Position numbers and translations under genes: made by a program
NCBI GenBank assembly: GCA_951406725.2
Contig: OX597827.1
Location: 67,766,001-67,830,000, forward strand
DNA: 64,000 bases
Reading direction: 5' to 3'
DNA from: Octopus vulgaris
Taxonomy: Eukaryota
In this document: positions 41,584-55,479 of the stretch, piece after piece
How the letters are laid out: every line of letters begins with the position of its first letter
Position numbering within the stretch: position 1 is the first letter of the stretch
Notes under the pieces: generated by a model
The model's input: only the letters and a program-made list of their open reading frames with translations
Told to the model about the DNA's origin: nothing
The model's database searches: none

Positions 41584-41586
<3 letters not shown>
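41447..41586 (-). mobile_element. Dong-like 3'UTR copy
   Basis: Reverse complement of about 24615-24752; (TTA)n flanks. Confidence 0.9.
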
Positions 41587-41656
<70 letters not shown>

Positions 41657-41662
41657 CATTAT

Positions 41663-42058
41663 TCAATAGTTTTATTTTTATAGCGTGCTTTCACTTCACT
41701 ACCGAGCGCAGCTCTGTGTGCCTTAGGTATGTGCTGTGATTTGTTGTGATGCTGTGATGGTTATTGTATGGAAAGTGTTCTGCGTATGATGTGTGCAGTG
41801 CCTAGTAGTGCAATTTTCTGTATGTTATATGTGTTTGTAAGTCCTGGTGTTTTTGTTATGTATTTGTCTGAATATTTTTTTATCATGCCTCCTGCACCAA
41901 CTATGATAGGAATTGTTTCTGTTTTTAGATTCCACATTCTGGTTACCTCTATTTCCAGGTCTTTGTATTTTGAGAGTTTCTCCATTTCTTTTAGAGACAC
42001 GTTGTCATCTGCCGGTATTGATATATCAATTAGAAAGCATTTTTTTCTTCATGATCTC
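41663..42058 (-). mobile_element. Second R4/Dong-like family, C-terminus + 3'UTR
   Basis: KKCFLIDISIPADDNVSLKEMEKLSKYKDLEIEVTRMWNLKTETIPIIVGAGG..QKIALLGTAHIIRRTLSIQ*. Confidence 0.9.
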
Positions 42059-42069
42059 ATTATTATTAA

Positions 42070-42122
<53 letters not shown>

Positions 42123-42571
42123 TTTTTCCCATTTAACTAATCGATTGTTTGACTTATCGTTCGGTCAACCAAAAAATCGGTAAGGTTTGTCACAAAGTCC
42201 CTTCGACAACAATCACGACCTCATCAATGATATTCCCTCTGCCTCTAATTCATGTCCGCTTCAGGCCCTGTCTCTACGTATTTTTTGGTGTAACGAGCCT
42301 CCCGAGATGCAACGAAATCTGTTTCAACACATGAATACACATCAAAAATCTTGCAAACCAAATACAAAGACGCAATATACTTTATAACTTGAGATAAAAA
42401 TAAAACTATATCGATTTAGTTGTTTATGCAGACTATCGAAATGTGGAGACAATTGCTAACATATCCTAAAATCTATACGTTTAGTTACTTCTGAAACAAC
42501 ATATCTATCCATCACTCAGTTTATCTGTCTGTCTGTTTGTATATCCATCTACCTATCTGTGTTTCTGTCTG

Positions 42572-42632
<61 letters not shown>

Positions 42633-42633
<1 letters not shown>

Positions 42634-43053
42634 GTATGAATGACGAAGCCACCTTGAGCATGATCCTATGAACCCAGAAATTGAAAACAGAGAGTTGCTT
42701 ATTTGCAAAAAAAAAAAAAAAAAAGAAATATAACATGTGACTCCATTGACCGAGGTTACCGTGGTCTTTTCCGTAGGCTTTTCTTTCCACGGGTAAACCT
42801 CACCTGTCCTCCCCTTTACACTTCATATTGACATTTCTGTGATAACGATCCCTATTGATCAATTTTTTTTTCCTCTCCCCCTTTTTTTTGTCCTCTTTCT
42901 CTCCTTTTACGATCCCTTTTGATCGAAACTCCCCCTTCCTTTTTTTTTTTTTAATTTTTTAATTTTTTAATTTTTTTTTTAAACCTTCAAAAGAAAAGCC
43001 CTACCTTGTAATTTGTTCTATCTGTGTGCAGCCCTGTGTGGCTAATAAAGAAA
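42633..43053 (+). mobile_element. Family F LINE 3' end in (TATC)n
   Basis: Short RMNDEATLSMIL* frame, pyrimidine-rich UTR, AATAAA, and (TATC)n on both sides. Confidence 0.7.
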
Positions 43054-43055
43054 CA

Positions 43056-43129
<74 letters not shown>

Positions 43130-43139
43130 CCGGTTTAAC

Positions 43140-43170
<31 letters not shown>

Positions 43171-43171
43171 C

Positions 43172-43300
43172 TTCCCTTTTGAAAATCGTTACGATCCCTT
43201 TTGATCGAAAACCTACCCCACTTTTTTTCTCCCCAATAAGAAAAGCTCTACTTTGTAATTAGCCCCGTCTATGTTTAGCCCTGTGTGGCTAATAAAGAAC
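43172..43300 (+). mobile_element. Family F LINE 3' end, short copy
   Basis: acgatcccttttgatcgaaa...agccctgtgtggctaataaag. Confidence 0.7.
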
Positions 43301-43302
43301 CA

Positions 43303-43374
<72 letters not shown>

Positions 43375-43507
43375 CATCAATCTATCTATCTATCCATCTA
43401 CCTATGTGCATTTGTGTATATGAATGTATTTGTTCCTCTCTCACTCTCTCTCTTTCTCTCTTTCTTTCTTTCTCTCTCCCTCCCTCTCTTTCTCTCTCCC
43501 TCTCTCT

Positions 43508-43571
<64 letters not shown>

Positions 43572-43625
43572 GCACATGTAATATATATATGTTTGTATGT
43601 ATGTATGTATGCATGTATGTATGTG

Positions 43626-43870
43626 TGGCCGAGATCCCCAGCATTGAAGCCATGCTACTGAAGTCCCACCTGCAATGGGCAGGGCATGTCTCCAGAATGG
43701 AGAACCATCGCCTTCCTAAGATTGCCCCCGTTTGGCGAACTCTCCACCGGCCACCGTCTGAGAGGAGCTCCGAGGAAGCGCTACAAACACTGCCTCAATA
43801 AGTCTCTAACAGCATGTCATATTGAATGCTGGTCTGACCTGGCTGCGAAGGAAGGATCCAGAGAAGGGAA
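43626..43870 (+). mobile_element. RTE (BovB-like) ORF C-terminal fragment
   Basis: [32 protein letters not shown] / [32 protein letters not shown], with one frameshift. Confidence 0.88.
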
Positions 43871-43966
43871 GACAGAGGGAAACAAATCGCTAACGGTACA
43901 AACGCGGTCACATTTTGAAATATATGTATATATACATGGCAAACACATACAAGCAGAAATACGTAT

Positions 43967-44037
<71 letters not shown>

Positions 44038-44076
44038 CATATATGCATATATATATATATACATATATATACACAT

Positions 44077-44127
<51 letters not shown>

Positions 44128-44189
44128 AACTTAGATAAACTTAGATATGTTTCGACCAAAGATTGGTCCATGCCATGTCTAACTTAATA

Positions 44190-44236
<47 letters not shown>

Positions 44237-44285
44237 CATATATGTATATATATACATATATGTGTGTGTGCGAGTGTTTAAACAT

Positions 44286-44560
44286 ATGATTAGGGTATTC
44301 GGCTCACGATCGTAAGGTTGTGAGTTCAATTCCCGGCGACGCGTTGTCTCCTTGAGCAAGACACTTTATTTCACTTTGCTCCAGTTCACTCAGCTGGCAA
44401 AAATGAGTTGTACCTGTTTTTCAAAGGGCCGGCCGTGTCACGCTGAATCTTCCCGAGAACAACATTAAGGGTACACGTGTCTGTGGAGTACTCATCTACT
44501 TGCACATTAATTTCACAAGCAGGCTGTGACCCACGTCGTCGTAACCGACGGAATACGCCT
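44286..44560 (+). mobile_element. SINE family D head with tail 2
   Basis: The head and central domain match 29172; the tail matches 5250-5436. Confidence 0.85.
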
Positions 44561-45098
44561 TAAAATATATGTTTTTGTGTGTTTGTGTTTGTGTGTGTGT
44601 GTGTGTGTGTGAAATATATAAACATATACACACGATGCAGAAGAAGAGACACACACATACAGACACAATAGCACACACGCACGCAAATGCATTGATTAAT
44701 GTGTTCTTTTGTGCACTGTATATTGGAGACGTACACTGGATGGTCATGGATGGAATAGCATTGAGCACAGTTTTGCATGATCAGTGAAAACCTGAGCTGT
44801 ATAAAACCACAATCAGAAACATTGGATAGAGGAAAATGCAGGACACGCACAATAAAGGCGCAAACAGAAATATATACACTTACGCACGCGCACACACTGT
44901 CACACACGCACGTATACATTTATGCACATATACATACATACAAACATACATACATACGCACACGCACCTTCATACAAATATACATACAAACATACATACA
45001 TACATGCACACACGTTCATACATACACACGCGCACATTCATACAAATATACATTCGCATATACATACATTCGTGCATGCATACATACATACATATCTA

Positions 45099-45186
<88 letters not shown>

Positions 45187-47115
45187 AAAATGAGAGCGTG
45201 TGTGTGTATATATATATATTTAAACATGCACACACACACACACTACATCCATGCATACATATATACACATACATATACACATATTTACATACACACATAC
45301 ATGCACACACGTTCATACGTACATATACCCACATTCATACAAATATACATCCACATATACATACATACAAACATACATGCGTTCATGCATGCATACAAAC
45401 ATACATACATGCATACATACATACATACATAAATACATTTATATATAAATATATATATATACAAAAATGAGAGCGTGTATGTGTATATATATATATATTT
45501 AAATGTGCATACACACATATATATAAATACATGCACACACGTTTATATATACACACACGCACATTCATACAAATATACATTCGCACATACATACATACGT
45601 GCGTGCGTGCATACATACATACATACATACATACGTGCGTGCATGCATACATACATACATACATACACACATGCCTACATACATACAGGCATACATACAT
45701 ACATACATACATACATACATACATACATACATACATACATGCATGCATGCATGCATGCATACATACATACTTACATACATACATACACACATACATACAT
45801 ACACACATACGTGCGTGCATACATACATACATACATACATACATACATACATACATGCATGCATACATACATACATAATACATACATACATACATTCATA
45901 CATAAATACATACATACATACATACATACATACATACACACATACATGCATGCATGCATGCATACTTGCCTACATACATACATACACGGAGCGGCACGGC
46001 GTTAGAACCGTGTACAATGCGATCATTTACGATTGATAAACGCTGTTCGCACAGAACGGCGAATACAATCATTCACCATTGACCGGCGTGTCAATCCAAA
46101 TGATTATAGAACTGTTTCAGACGAGTGTTTCGTATTGATTGATATCGATTAGTTTTTCATTGATCTTCATTGGCGAGACATAATGAAGGGCGAAGTAGAG
46201 AGCAAGTAGAGTGAGGAGGAATTAGAGAAGCGGAGAGAGGAAGAGTTGAGATTGGGAGAGGGACGGAGTGGGAGAAGGGATGAATGAGGTAGGGAGAGGC
46301 ATGGTGGTGGGGGGAGAAAGGAGTGTAATCTCTTAATAGATTTTGTCCGACAGTCAAAAGTTATTGTCTGTATGGGCCTCCGTATCAGATTATTATATTC
46401 CCAAACAGACACACACACACACACACACACACTTACACACATATATACCCACGCACACATACACACACAAATATGTAACCTATTATGTACAAACAGGAAC
46501 ATTACAGACACTCAAGCTGCAGTACACATACGCACAACTGTTCGTGTGTGTATATATATATACATATATATATATGTGTGTGTATGTATATATATACACA
46601 CGTATGTATGTAAATATGTATGTATATATGTATGTATGCATGTATGTATGAATATAACCATGTATGTAAATATGTATGTATATATGTGGGTATGCATGTA
46701 TGTATATAAGTATGTATATATGTATGTATATATGTATGTATGCATGTATGTATATATATATATTATATATGTTGGTATGCATGTATGTATGTATATAGTA
46801 TGTATGTATAATATGTATGTATATATGTAGGTATGCATGTATGTATGTATTTAGGTATGTATATATGTATGTATGCATGTATGTATATAAGTATGTATGT
46901 ATGTATGTATATATATATATAAGGAGCGTTTTGTTCAAATAGCTTGCTGCGCATTTGTTTGGAGATTTAAATTCCTGGATTTTCCTGAAGAGAAAGCTGC
47001 AAAATGGTCTCCTTATTCAATCCGAATTTGGAAATTTGCGGCCTTTGAAACATGTGTAGAAAATAATAAAAGGAATTCTGTAGAATCTTCGTTCAGCTCC
47101 ATTTCTTCCCTTCAC

Positions 47116-47191
<76 letters not shown>

Positions 47192-47213
47192 TGTATGCAG
47201 GAAAAACTTAACT

Positions 47214-47495
47214 GGTGCTCCGTCGGTTACGACGACGAGGGTTCCAGTTAATCCGATCAACGGAACTGCCTGCTCGTGAAATTAACGTGCAAGTGGCTGA
47301 GTATTCCAGTCATGCGTACCCTTAACGAAGTTCTCTGTAATTGAGCCTGAAACAGAACGTGACAAGGATAGCCCTTTGAATTATAGATATAACTCACTTT
47401 TGCCAACTAAATGGACTGGCCCAACATGAAAGAAAGTGCCTTGCTTAAGGACGTGACGCGCCGCTAAGAATCGATCTCATTATCTTACGATCGCG
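47214..47495 (-). mobile_element. SINE family D head with tail 2, diverged
   Basis: gctccgtcggttacgacgacgagggttcc is the reverse complement of tail 2. Confidence 0.75.
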
Positions 47496-47621
47496 AATCG
47501 AAGGTACCGCCGCTTAGACCTCAAGAAATCCAGTTCTCGGTTGCATGAAGAGATCCAAGCCCTTCATGAATTTCACTGTATGTTTTAAAACTCGTTTATT
47601 ACGCTTAACAATGTTTTACAG

Positions 47622-48156
47622 CAGTGGTTCTCAAAGTGGGCGGTATTGTTCTCCTGGGGGTCGATGGAAAGTTCCTAGGCGGCAAGCTGGAAGACACGTT
47701 ACCGCGCCGGGCGAAATGCTTAGCAGTATTTCGTCTGCCACTACGTTCTGAGTTCAAATTCCGCCGAGGTCGACTTTGCTTCTCATCCTTTCGTGGTCGA
47801 TTAAATAAGTACCAGTTACGCACTGGGTTCGATATAATCGATTTAATCCGTTTGTCTGTCCTTGTTTGTCCTCTCTGTGTTTAGCCCCTTGCGGGTAGTA
47901 AAGAAAAAGGTATTGTTCTCCTAGAGGTCGATGGAAAGTTCCTAGGGAGCGTTGAAGAAAAGTGGGGTGATAATGGAGTAGTGAGTTATGTAAAAATAAA
48001 ATGAGTTCATTGGTTTAAGTTTTATTTGTGAAATACAAATCATTGGAATTTGCTTCACAAAGGAGTCTGTGTTTGTGATGGTTATTTGGGGTGGGGTGCT
48101 AGGAATGTGACCCGGCTGTCAAGGTGGCGCCAACCAGAAAATTCTGGGAACGGCTG
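47622..48156. mobile_element. Non-autonomous hAT (Charlie/Buster-type) element
   Basis: TIRs cagtggttctcaaagt / attctgggaacggctg; exact 8-bp TSD ttttacag at 47614-47621 and 48157-48164 with central TA. Confidence 0.85.
47678..47908 (+). mobile_element. SINE family B nested in the hAT element
   Basis: Full copy flanked by a 38-bp direct repeat. Confidence 0.9.
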
Positions 48157-48241
48157 TTTTACAGTCTTGCTGTTCGACCTGGTGCAGACAATCGTGTAGC
48201 TAAAATTGAAGATAAGGGCCGGTGGAAACTACTGGCCAACA

Positions 48242-48556
48242 GGCGCAGGTTTGGCTGTGTGGTAAGAAGCTTGCTTCCCAACCACATGATTCCGGGTTCA
48301 GTCCCACTGCGTGACACCTTGGCTGAGCGTCTTCTGTTATGGCCTAGGGCCGACCAAAGCCTTGTTAGCGGATTTGGTAGACGGAAACCGAAAAAGCCCG
48401 TTTTATATATGTATGCGTGTGTGAGTATGTGTGTATTTGTGTGTTTATGTACGCGTGTGTGTGTGTATCTGTGTTTGTCTCCCATCACCGCTTGACAACT
48501 GGTGTTGGTGTGTTTACGTCCTCATTATCTTGCGGTTCGGCAAAAGAAACCGATAG
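48242..48556 (+). mobile_element. SINE family A, 3'-truncated
   Basis: Head match; cut off at a mariner end. Confidence 0.85.
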
Positions 48557-48561
48557 TATTA

Positions 48562-48676
48562 TTGGGTTTGTCCATAAATATTGCGGCTTTTTTTTCAACG
48601 AATTTTATTCAACAAAAACAATAACTTGTAACAATACATCTTTAAATGATTATTCCGGAGCATATTCACCATCTAC

Positions 48677-48678
<2 letters not shown>
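48562..48678 (-). mobile_element. Mariner right end (TIR + last codons)
   Basis: ta|ttgggtttgtccataaatattgcggctttt resembles Hsmar1-type TIRs; the minus strand reads VDGEYAPE*. Confidence 0.65.
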
Positions 48679-48728
<50 letters not shown>

Positions 48729-48779
48729 GTGTGTGTATATATATGCTTCAATGTGTATCTATATGGATTTGTGTATATG

Positions 48780-48842
<63 letters not shown>

Positions 48843-48869
48843 GTATGTATATGTATGTATGTATATAAT

Positions 48870-49211
<342 letters not shown>

Positions 49212-49305
49212 CATATGCATTTCAATTACTGCTTCCCATTTGCTTGGTCAGACCGTTATTGAAAGATGTCTTTGTTATATATATATATACATAAATATAT
49301 GTGTA

Positions 49306-49350
<45 letters not shown>

Positions 49351-49386
49351 TTATAAATATATATATATATGTATATATATATATAT

Positions 49387-49460
<74 letters not shown>

Positions 49461-49461
49461 T

Positions 49462-49496
<35 letters not shown>

Positions 49497-49619
49497 GTAT
49501 ATATGTATATATGTATATATATTGAGAGAGAGAGAGATAGAGAGAGAGTGAGTGAGTGAGAGTGACAGAGGTACCAAATGTCTATCTGGTTAAAGTTGTT
49601 TGCTTCACTGCAGCAAGAA

Positions 49620-50480
49620 TTTCAACAAAAAGTACAATATATGTATGAAGCGAAGTGTTCCAGAATAAATAATTCAATTTTAAAACGCCGCCTACCCAAA
49701 CGTTATTAGAAATATTTGTGGAAATTCTTTTGTCTGTTTTATTGAATATATGATTATTTTGATGAAAGCAAAACTTAAAAGCGATTCAAGGTCAATTCAG
49801 TATAATTTCTGGTTGCTGCGTTAATATATAGTTGAAACTTAGCGCAATGTTGGAGCATTCAAAAAACAGGTACTATTAAAGAAGCAACTGTTTGGGTCAA
49901 TGAAATTAAATACAGGAAGAGAAATCATATTACTATTGCTGAAATCGTATTAGCAATTTACTTGTGCTCGGAAAGTTTATACTACAAAATACCTTACCTT
50001 AGTTGACATTCTATTTAAAATTTTATAGACGATACAACAGAATATAAGCTAAGGTTAAAGTTGAAGTTTCTGGCAATGCGTTCGTTCCTTGAATCTAAAA
50101 ACTGGGTTATACTATAACATATTTCTGGGTCTATTGTTTACGCTGGGGATGTTAGAAGCGGTTATGACATGTAATTTTCTGTAAAGCCCTTAACATAAAA
50201 CCGCATTCGCGGAGCAGTATTTAACATAGCCCCATCAAAGGCGGGGACAATATACGAACACTAATATTACGGATTACAATCTGTAGACCAATTTAAGGAC
50301 TTATCTGTATGTTTTTGTTTAACAGGTAACTTTCCTTTTGATTTTCGGCAACAGAAAACTATTCCCCTTCAAAGTTAAGGTGGTATCATATATACGTATA
50401 TATACAAATATATATAAAAACAAACGAACTATATTAAGGTTAATGTTGGCAGTAATCTTAAACGTATTCGAGCAGATAGT
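49620..50480 (-). pseudogene. Very degraded Penelope-like reverse transcriptase remnant (tentative)
   Basis: Broken minus-strand motifs in the expected order: CCRKS (~50350), AFDGA..GFML (~50230), FNFNLS..YR (~50060), LGRRRF..EHF (~49680). Confidence 0.35.
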
Positions 50481-50579
50481 TTTATACAGTTTTTCTAGAT
50501 CTATCTAATTCGAGACCGTTCACATTTAAACGTACTTTACACACACACGAGTGCTCGTGCGAGACGCATATATAAATAA

Positions 50580-50614
<35 letters not shown>

Positions 50615-50738
50615 AACATATACGTGTGTAAAGATTAATATGCAAACGTATTTCCACACATATATATATATATATTTACACACACACACACACATATATA
50701 TATACATACATACGTGCATATATATAAATGTGTGTATC

Positions 50739-50791
<53 letters not shown>

Positions 50792-51073
50792 GCATATATA
50801 TATAAATAGGTACAAATGTGTGTGTATATATATACATATATAAATAATGTGTGTGTGGGTGTGTGTATGTGTGTGTGTATATATTTACATATGTACACAT
50901 ACTTTTTTCATACTTCATCATCATAAGAAAGAACCGTTTGCCAAAAGTTACAGGAGGCTGTAAAGTAACCATCTTTCCTTATAAAATGTGCCACAAATTG
51001 CTTTCTTTCGTGTTCTGTAAGTGCGTGTATGTTTGTGTGTATGTGTGAATGTGTGTGCGCGCGCGCTGATGTA

Positions 51074-51105
<32 letters not shown>

Positions 51106-51255
51106 CGTGTGCGCGCGTGTGTGTGTGTGTGTGCGCGTGTGTGTGTGTGTGTGTTTTCTTTCGAAGGCGTTTCCACAGAAGTGAAACTGTGTGTAAAGAT
51201 TTCACCGAAATAACATGCAAAGATAAGAAGCAACACACACACACATATACACACA

Positions 51256-51318
<63 letters not shown>

Positions 51319-51409
51319 CAGCAGCAGCAGCAGCAGTAGCAGTAGTAGTTGTAGTAGTAGTAGCAGCAGCAGCAGCAGCAGTAGCAGTATTAGTAGTAGC
51401 AACAGCAGC

Positions 51410-51449
<40 letters not shown>

Positions 51450-51547
51450 TAAGTAGTAGTAGTATAAGTAGTAGTAGGAAGAGGAGGAGGGAGCGGAGTA
51501 CTGGTGGTTGTGGTGGCGGTGGTAGTAGTAGCAGCAGCAACAACAAC

Positions 51548-51597
<50 letters not shown>

Positions 51598-52074
51598 CAG
51601 CACCAGCACCAGCAGTAGGAGTAGTAGTAGTGGAATTTTTAGCTACTAAATGAAGGAATGATAAAGACGAGAAAGAGAGAGAGAGAGAGAGACAAAGACA
51701 GAGAGAGAGGGGGAGAAAGTAAGTGAGTGAGTGAGTGAGTGAGTGAGTGAGTGAGCGAGTGAGAGGGGAAGAGAAACGGATAGAAGGAAACAGAGCGGGA
51801 AAAATGCTAGAGGGAGAGTAGGAGAGAGAGAAAGGGGCATGCATGGAGAGATGGAGAGAAAAATTAGCCGAAATGGGACAAAAATGAAAGAGAAATACAG
51901 AGAGAAGCTAATGGAGAGCGTTATAAACAAGCGGTACTATCGCCGCCATTTTAATAAGTTTCCAGTCATCTCTGATCGATTAGATAGACAGCCTTCCAGC
52001 CATGGCATCGTGTATGAATGAAAGAGGGAGCAGAGAGGAAGATTTTTTATCTATTTTATTTATTCATTTATTGT

Positions 52075-52382
52075 CTTTTATCTTATACTTGTTACAGACT
52101 TTGGATTTGTGGTCATGCTGGAGTACCACCTTGAAGGGTTCAGTTGAAAAAAAATCGACCTCGCACCTTTTGGGTTTTTTTTTTTTTTCTTGAAGTTTGA
52201 TACTTATTCTATCGACTAATTTTGGTGAACCGCTTTATGACAGCGGCGTAAACAAACCAACACCAATTGTCAAAACGGTGATGGGAGACAAACACAAACA
52301 ACACACACGCATATATAGATATATACATACACACATACATATATATATAGATATATACATACATATATATTTATGCATATAA

Positions 52383-52433
<51 letters not shown>

Positions 52434-52447
52434 GGTTAATAATATCA

Positions 52448-52510
<63 letters not shown>

Positions 52511-52584
52511 TTTTCAGCGAACAGGCATGGTACTCTCTGAGCCCATAATTATAATTGTATTTTATACTATTATAAATCTCTCTC

Positions 52585-52635
<51 letters not shown>

Positions 52636-52677
52636 ATATATGTATGTATATATGCATATGTTTTATTTATCATTTTG

Positions 52678-52752
<75 letters not shown>

Positions 52753-52958
52753 CATACATACATACATACATACATACATACATACATACATACATACACA
52801 TATGACTATCTTCTTTCAGTTTCCATTGACAAAATCTGCTCACAGGTCAGTGGTCGGCCGTGGCTATGATAGAAGACACTTGCTCGAGGTAACGCGCAGA
52901 GGAACTGAAACCGCAACCACTTGGTTGCAAAGCGAACTTCCTAACCACACAGGCATGC
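52075..52958 (-). mobile_element. Old SINE family A split by microsatellites
   Basis: 3' half at 52075-52300 and 5' half at 52800-52958. Confidence 0.65.
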
Positions 52959-53326
52959 TTGAGAGATTTCTGTGGATTTTTCTTTGATAAAAAGGAGAAA
53001 ATGTAAATAAATGAAAGAGGATGACAAAAATAATACAATTTATGAGTTATTCTTTATCATTATAAGGGATAGCACCTCACCGAAAATTGTGCGTTTGGAT
53101 TCTTCTTTGTCTTATAATCCTGGCAAAAACATTTCTGTTAATTCTCAAACATTTCTGTGTATTTGAGTGTGTGGGTATGAATGTGTGAGTATGTGTGTGC
53201 ACATGCTTTCGTGTGCTCATGCGTGTGTGTGCGTGCATGTGTATATGTGTTCCTGTGCCCCTGTTTTTGCGAAGGTATTTGTTAGTGTGTACGTCAGTGA
53301 ATGTAAGTATATGGATTTCGTACAAA

Positions 53327-53388
<62 letters not shown>

Positions 53389-53537
53389 TGTGTGTGAGTG
53401 TGTGTGTGAGTGTTTGTGTGTGTCAGTGTGTGTGTGAGTGTGTGTGTATATGTGTGCGTGAGTGTGAGTGTGTATGTGTCTGTGAGTGTGTGTGTGTGTG
53501 TGCGTGTGTGTGTGTGTGAGTGCCTGTGAGTGTATGA

Positions 53538-53574
<37 letters not shown>

Positions 53575-53891
53575 TGTGTGTGTGTGTGTGCGTGTGTGTG
53601 TGCGTGTGTTTGTAAGCGCGCGAATACATAATCTTTGTTTCAGTTTTGGCTGCTTTCCCTATGGATGAAAATAGCCAGAAATGTTTCGTGTTGATAGCGT
53701 TAAAGTAGATATTTACTGCCAGAACATAATGAAGACGTTACTGCGAGTGAGAGGTGTGTCAAAGAGATTCGACCAATGAAATTGAAGAGCGAGTGAAAAG
53801 GAAAATATCTACGAGGTTTTCAAGCGTGACGATCGCTACGTCATTTTCTATACGTGCACAAACACACACATGCGCACACGTATATACATAC

Positions 53892-53983
<92 letters not shown>

Positions 53984-54091
53984 TTATATATATACTCTCA
54001 TGTATATATACATATGCATATATATGTATGCATACATATGTGTATACACACACACACACACATACATATATATATATGTATATATATGTAA

Positions 54092-54319
54092 GGCGTCGAA
54101 CTGGCAGAAACGTTAGCACGCCGGGCGAAATGCATAGCCGTATTTCGTCTGTCGTTACGTTCCGGGTTCGAATTCCGCCGAGGTCGACTTCGCCTTTCAT
54201 CCTTTCGGGGTCGATAAATTAAGTACCAGTTACGCACTGGGGTCGATGTAATCGACTTAATCCCTTTGTCTGTCCTTGTTTGTCCCCTCTGTGTTTAGCC
54301 CCTTGTGGGTAGTAAAGAA

Positions 54320-54321
<2 letters not shown>
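54092..54321 (+). mobile_element. SINE family B
   Basis: B-box ggttcgaattcc; full tail. Confidence 0.92.
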
Positions 54322-54352
<31 letters not shown>

Positions 54353-54430
54353 TACATACATGCACATATATGAATGCAGATATGTAAATATACATGTATA
54401 TATATTTTTGTGTTTGTGCATCAATAATTA

Positions 54431-54467
<37 letters not shown>

Positions 54468-55293
54468 CTGTACATATACTTATGCATATATATATATACA
54501 TATGTGTGTGTGTGTGTATACACACACACTCATATAAGCCATTGTTGCACTATATGGCTATAGAGTTGAATCTGCGCATGCGCGCGCGAGTGGGTGTGTG
54601 TGAGTATAAGACTGCGACCGAGCGGATCTGTTAGAGCACTGTAGGCATGGCTCCAGGGTTTGATGGATCGAGTCACTCCGAGGACTGAAAATGATCGGAC
54701 ACATTACTAAGCTTCTCAAAACTATGGTGGTTTCGAAACAAGCTTCATTATATCTTGCCATTTGTAGAATTAAAAGGGAGTAATTAATGGGGCTTTTTTT
54801 TATTTTTTCAATTTTAAGAACTGGAGTCGACAATCCACTAACCTCCCTCCCCCACCACCACCACCACCACTACCCCACCACCCACACCAAAATTTCAGAC
54901 TTTGTACCTGTAGAAGGGAGATATTTTGTAGAAGAGAGGTAATTTTTTTAATCAGTCTATGACAACTCAGGTAAGAGAGAGCTGCCCCATGACAGATCTG
55001 CTACACATTTTCAGCTGATGAGATTGGAACAAGGCTCAACACGCTGCCCAGTCTAGGAAGCGAACTCACACTATTACATTCCATAGTATGACTAGAATAA
55101 CGAAGAGTTGTCAGCTCGCTAGGGAAAATGCTTAGCGGCATTTCGTTCTTTGCGTTGTCTTTGCCTTTCATCCCTTTCGGGGACTGTAAAATTCGTACAA
55201 GTCCAGTCCTGGTGTCGACGTCATCGACTACTCCCAGACCCTAAATTTTGTACCTGAAAATATTATTATTATTATTATCATTATTATTATTAC

Positions 55294-55371
<78 letters not shown>

Positions 55372-55390
55372 AATTATCATCATCATTATT

Positions 55391-55479
<89 letters not shown>

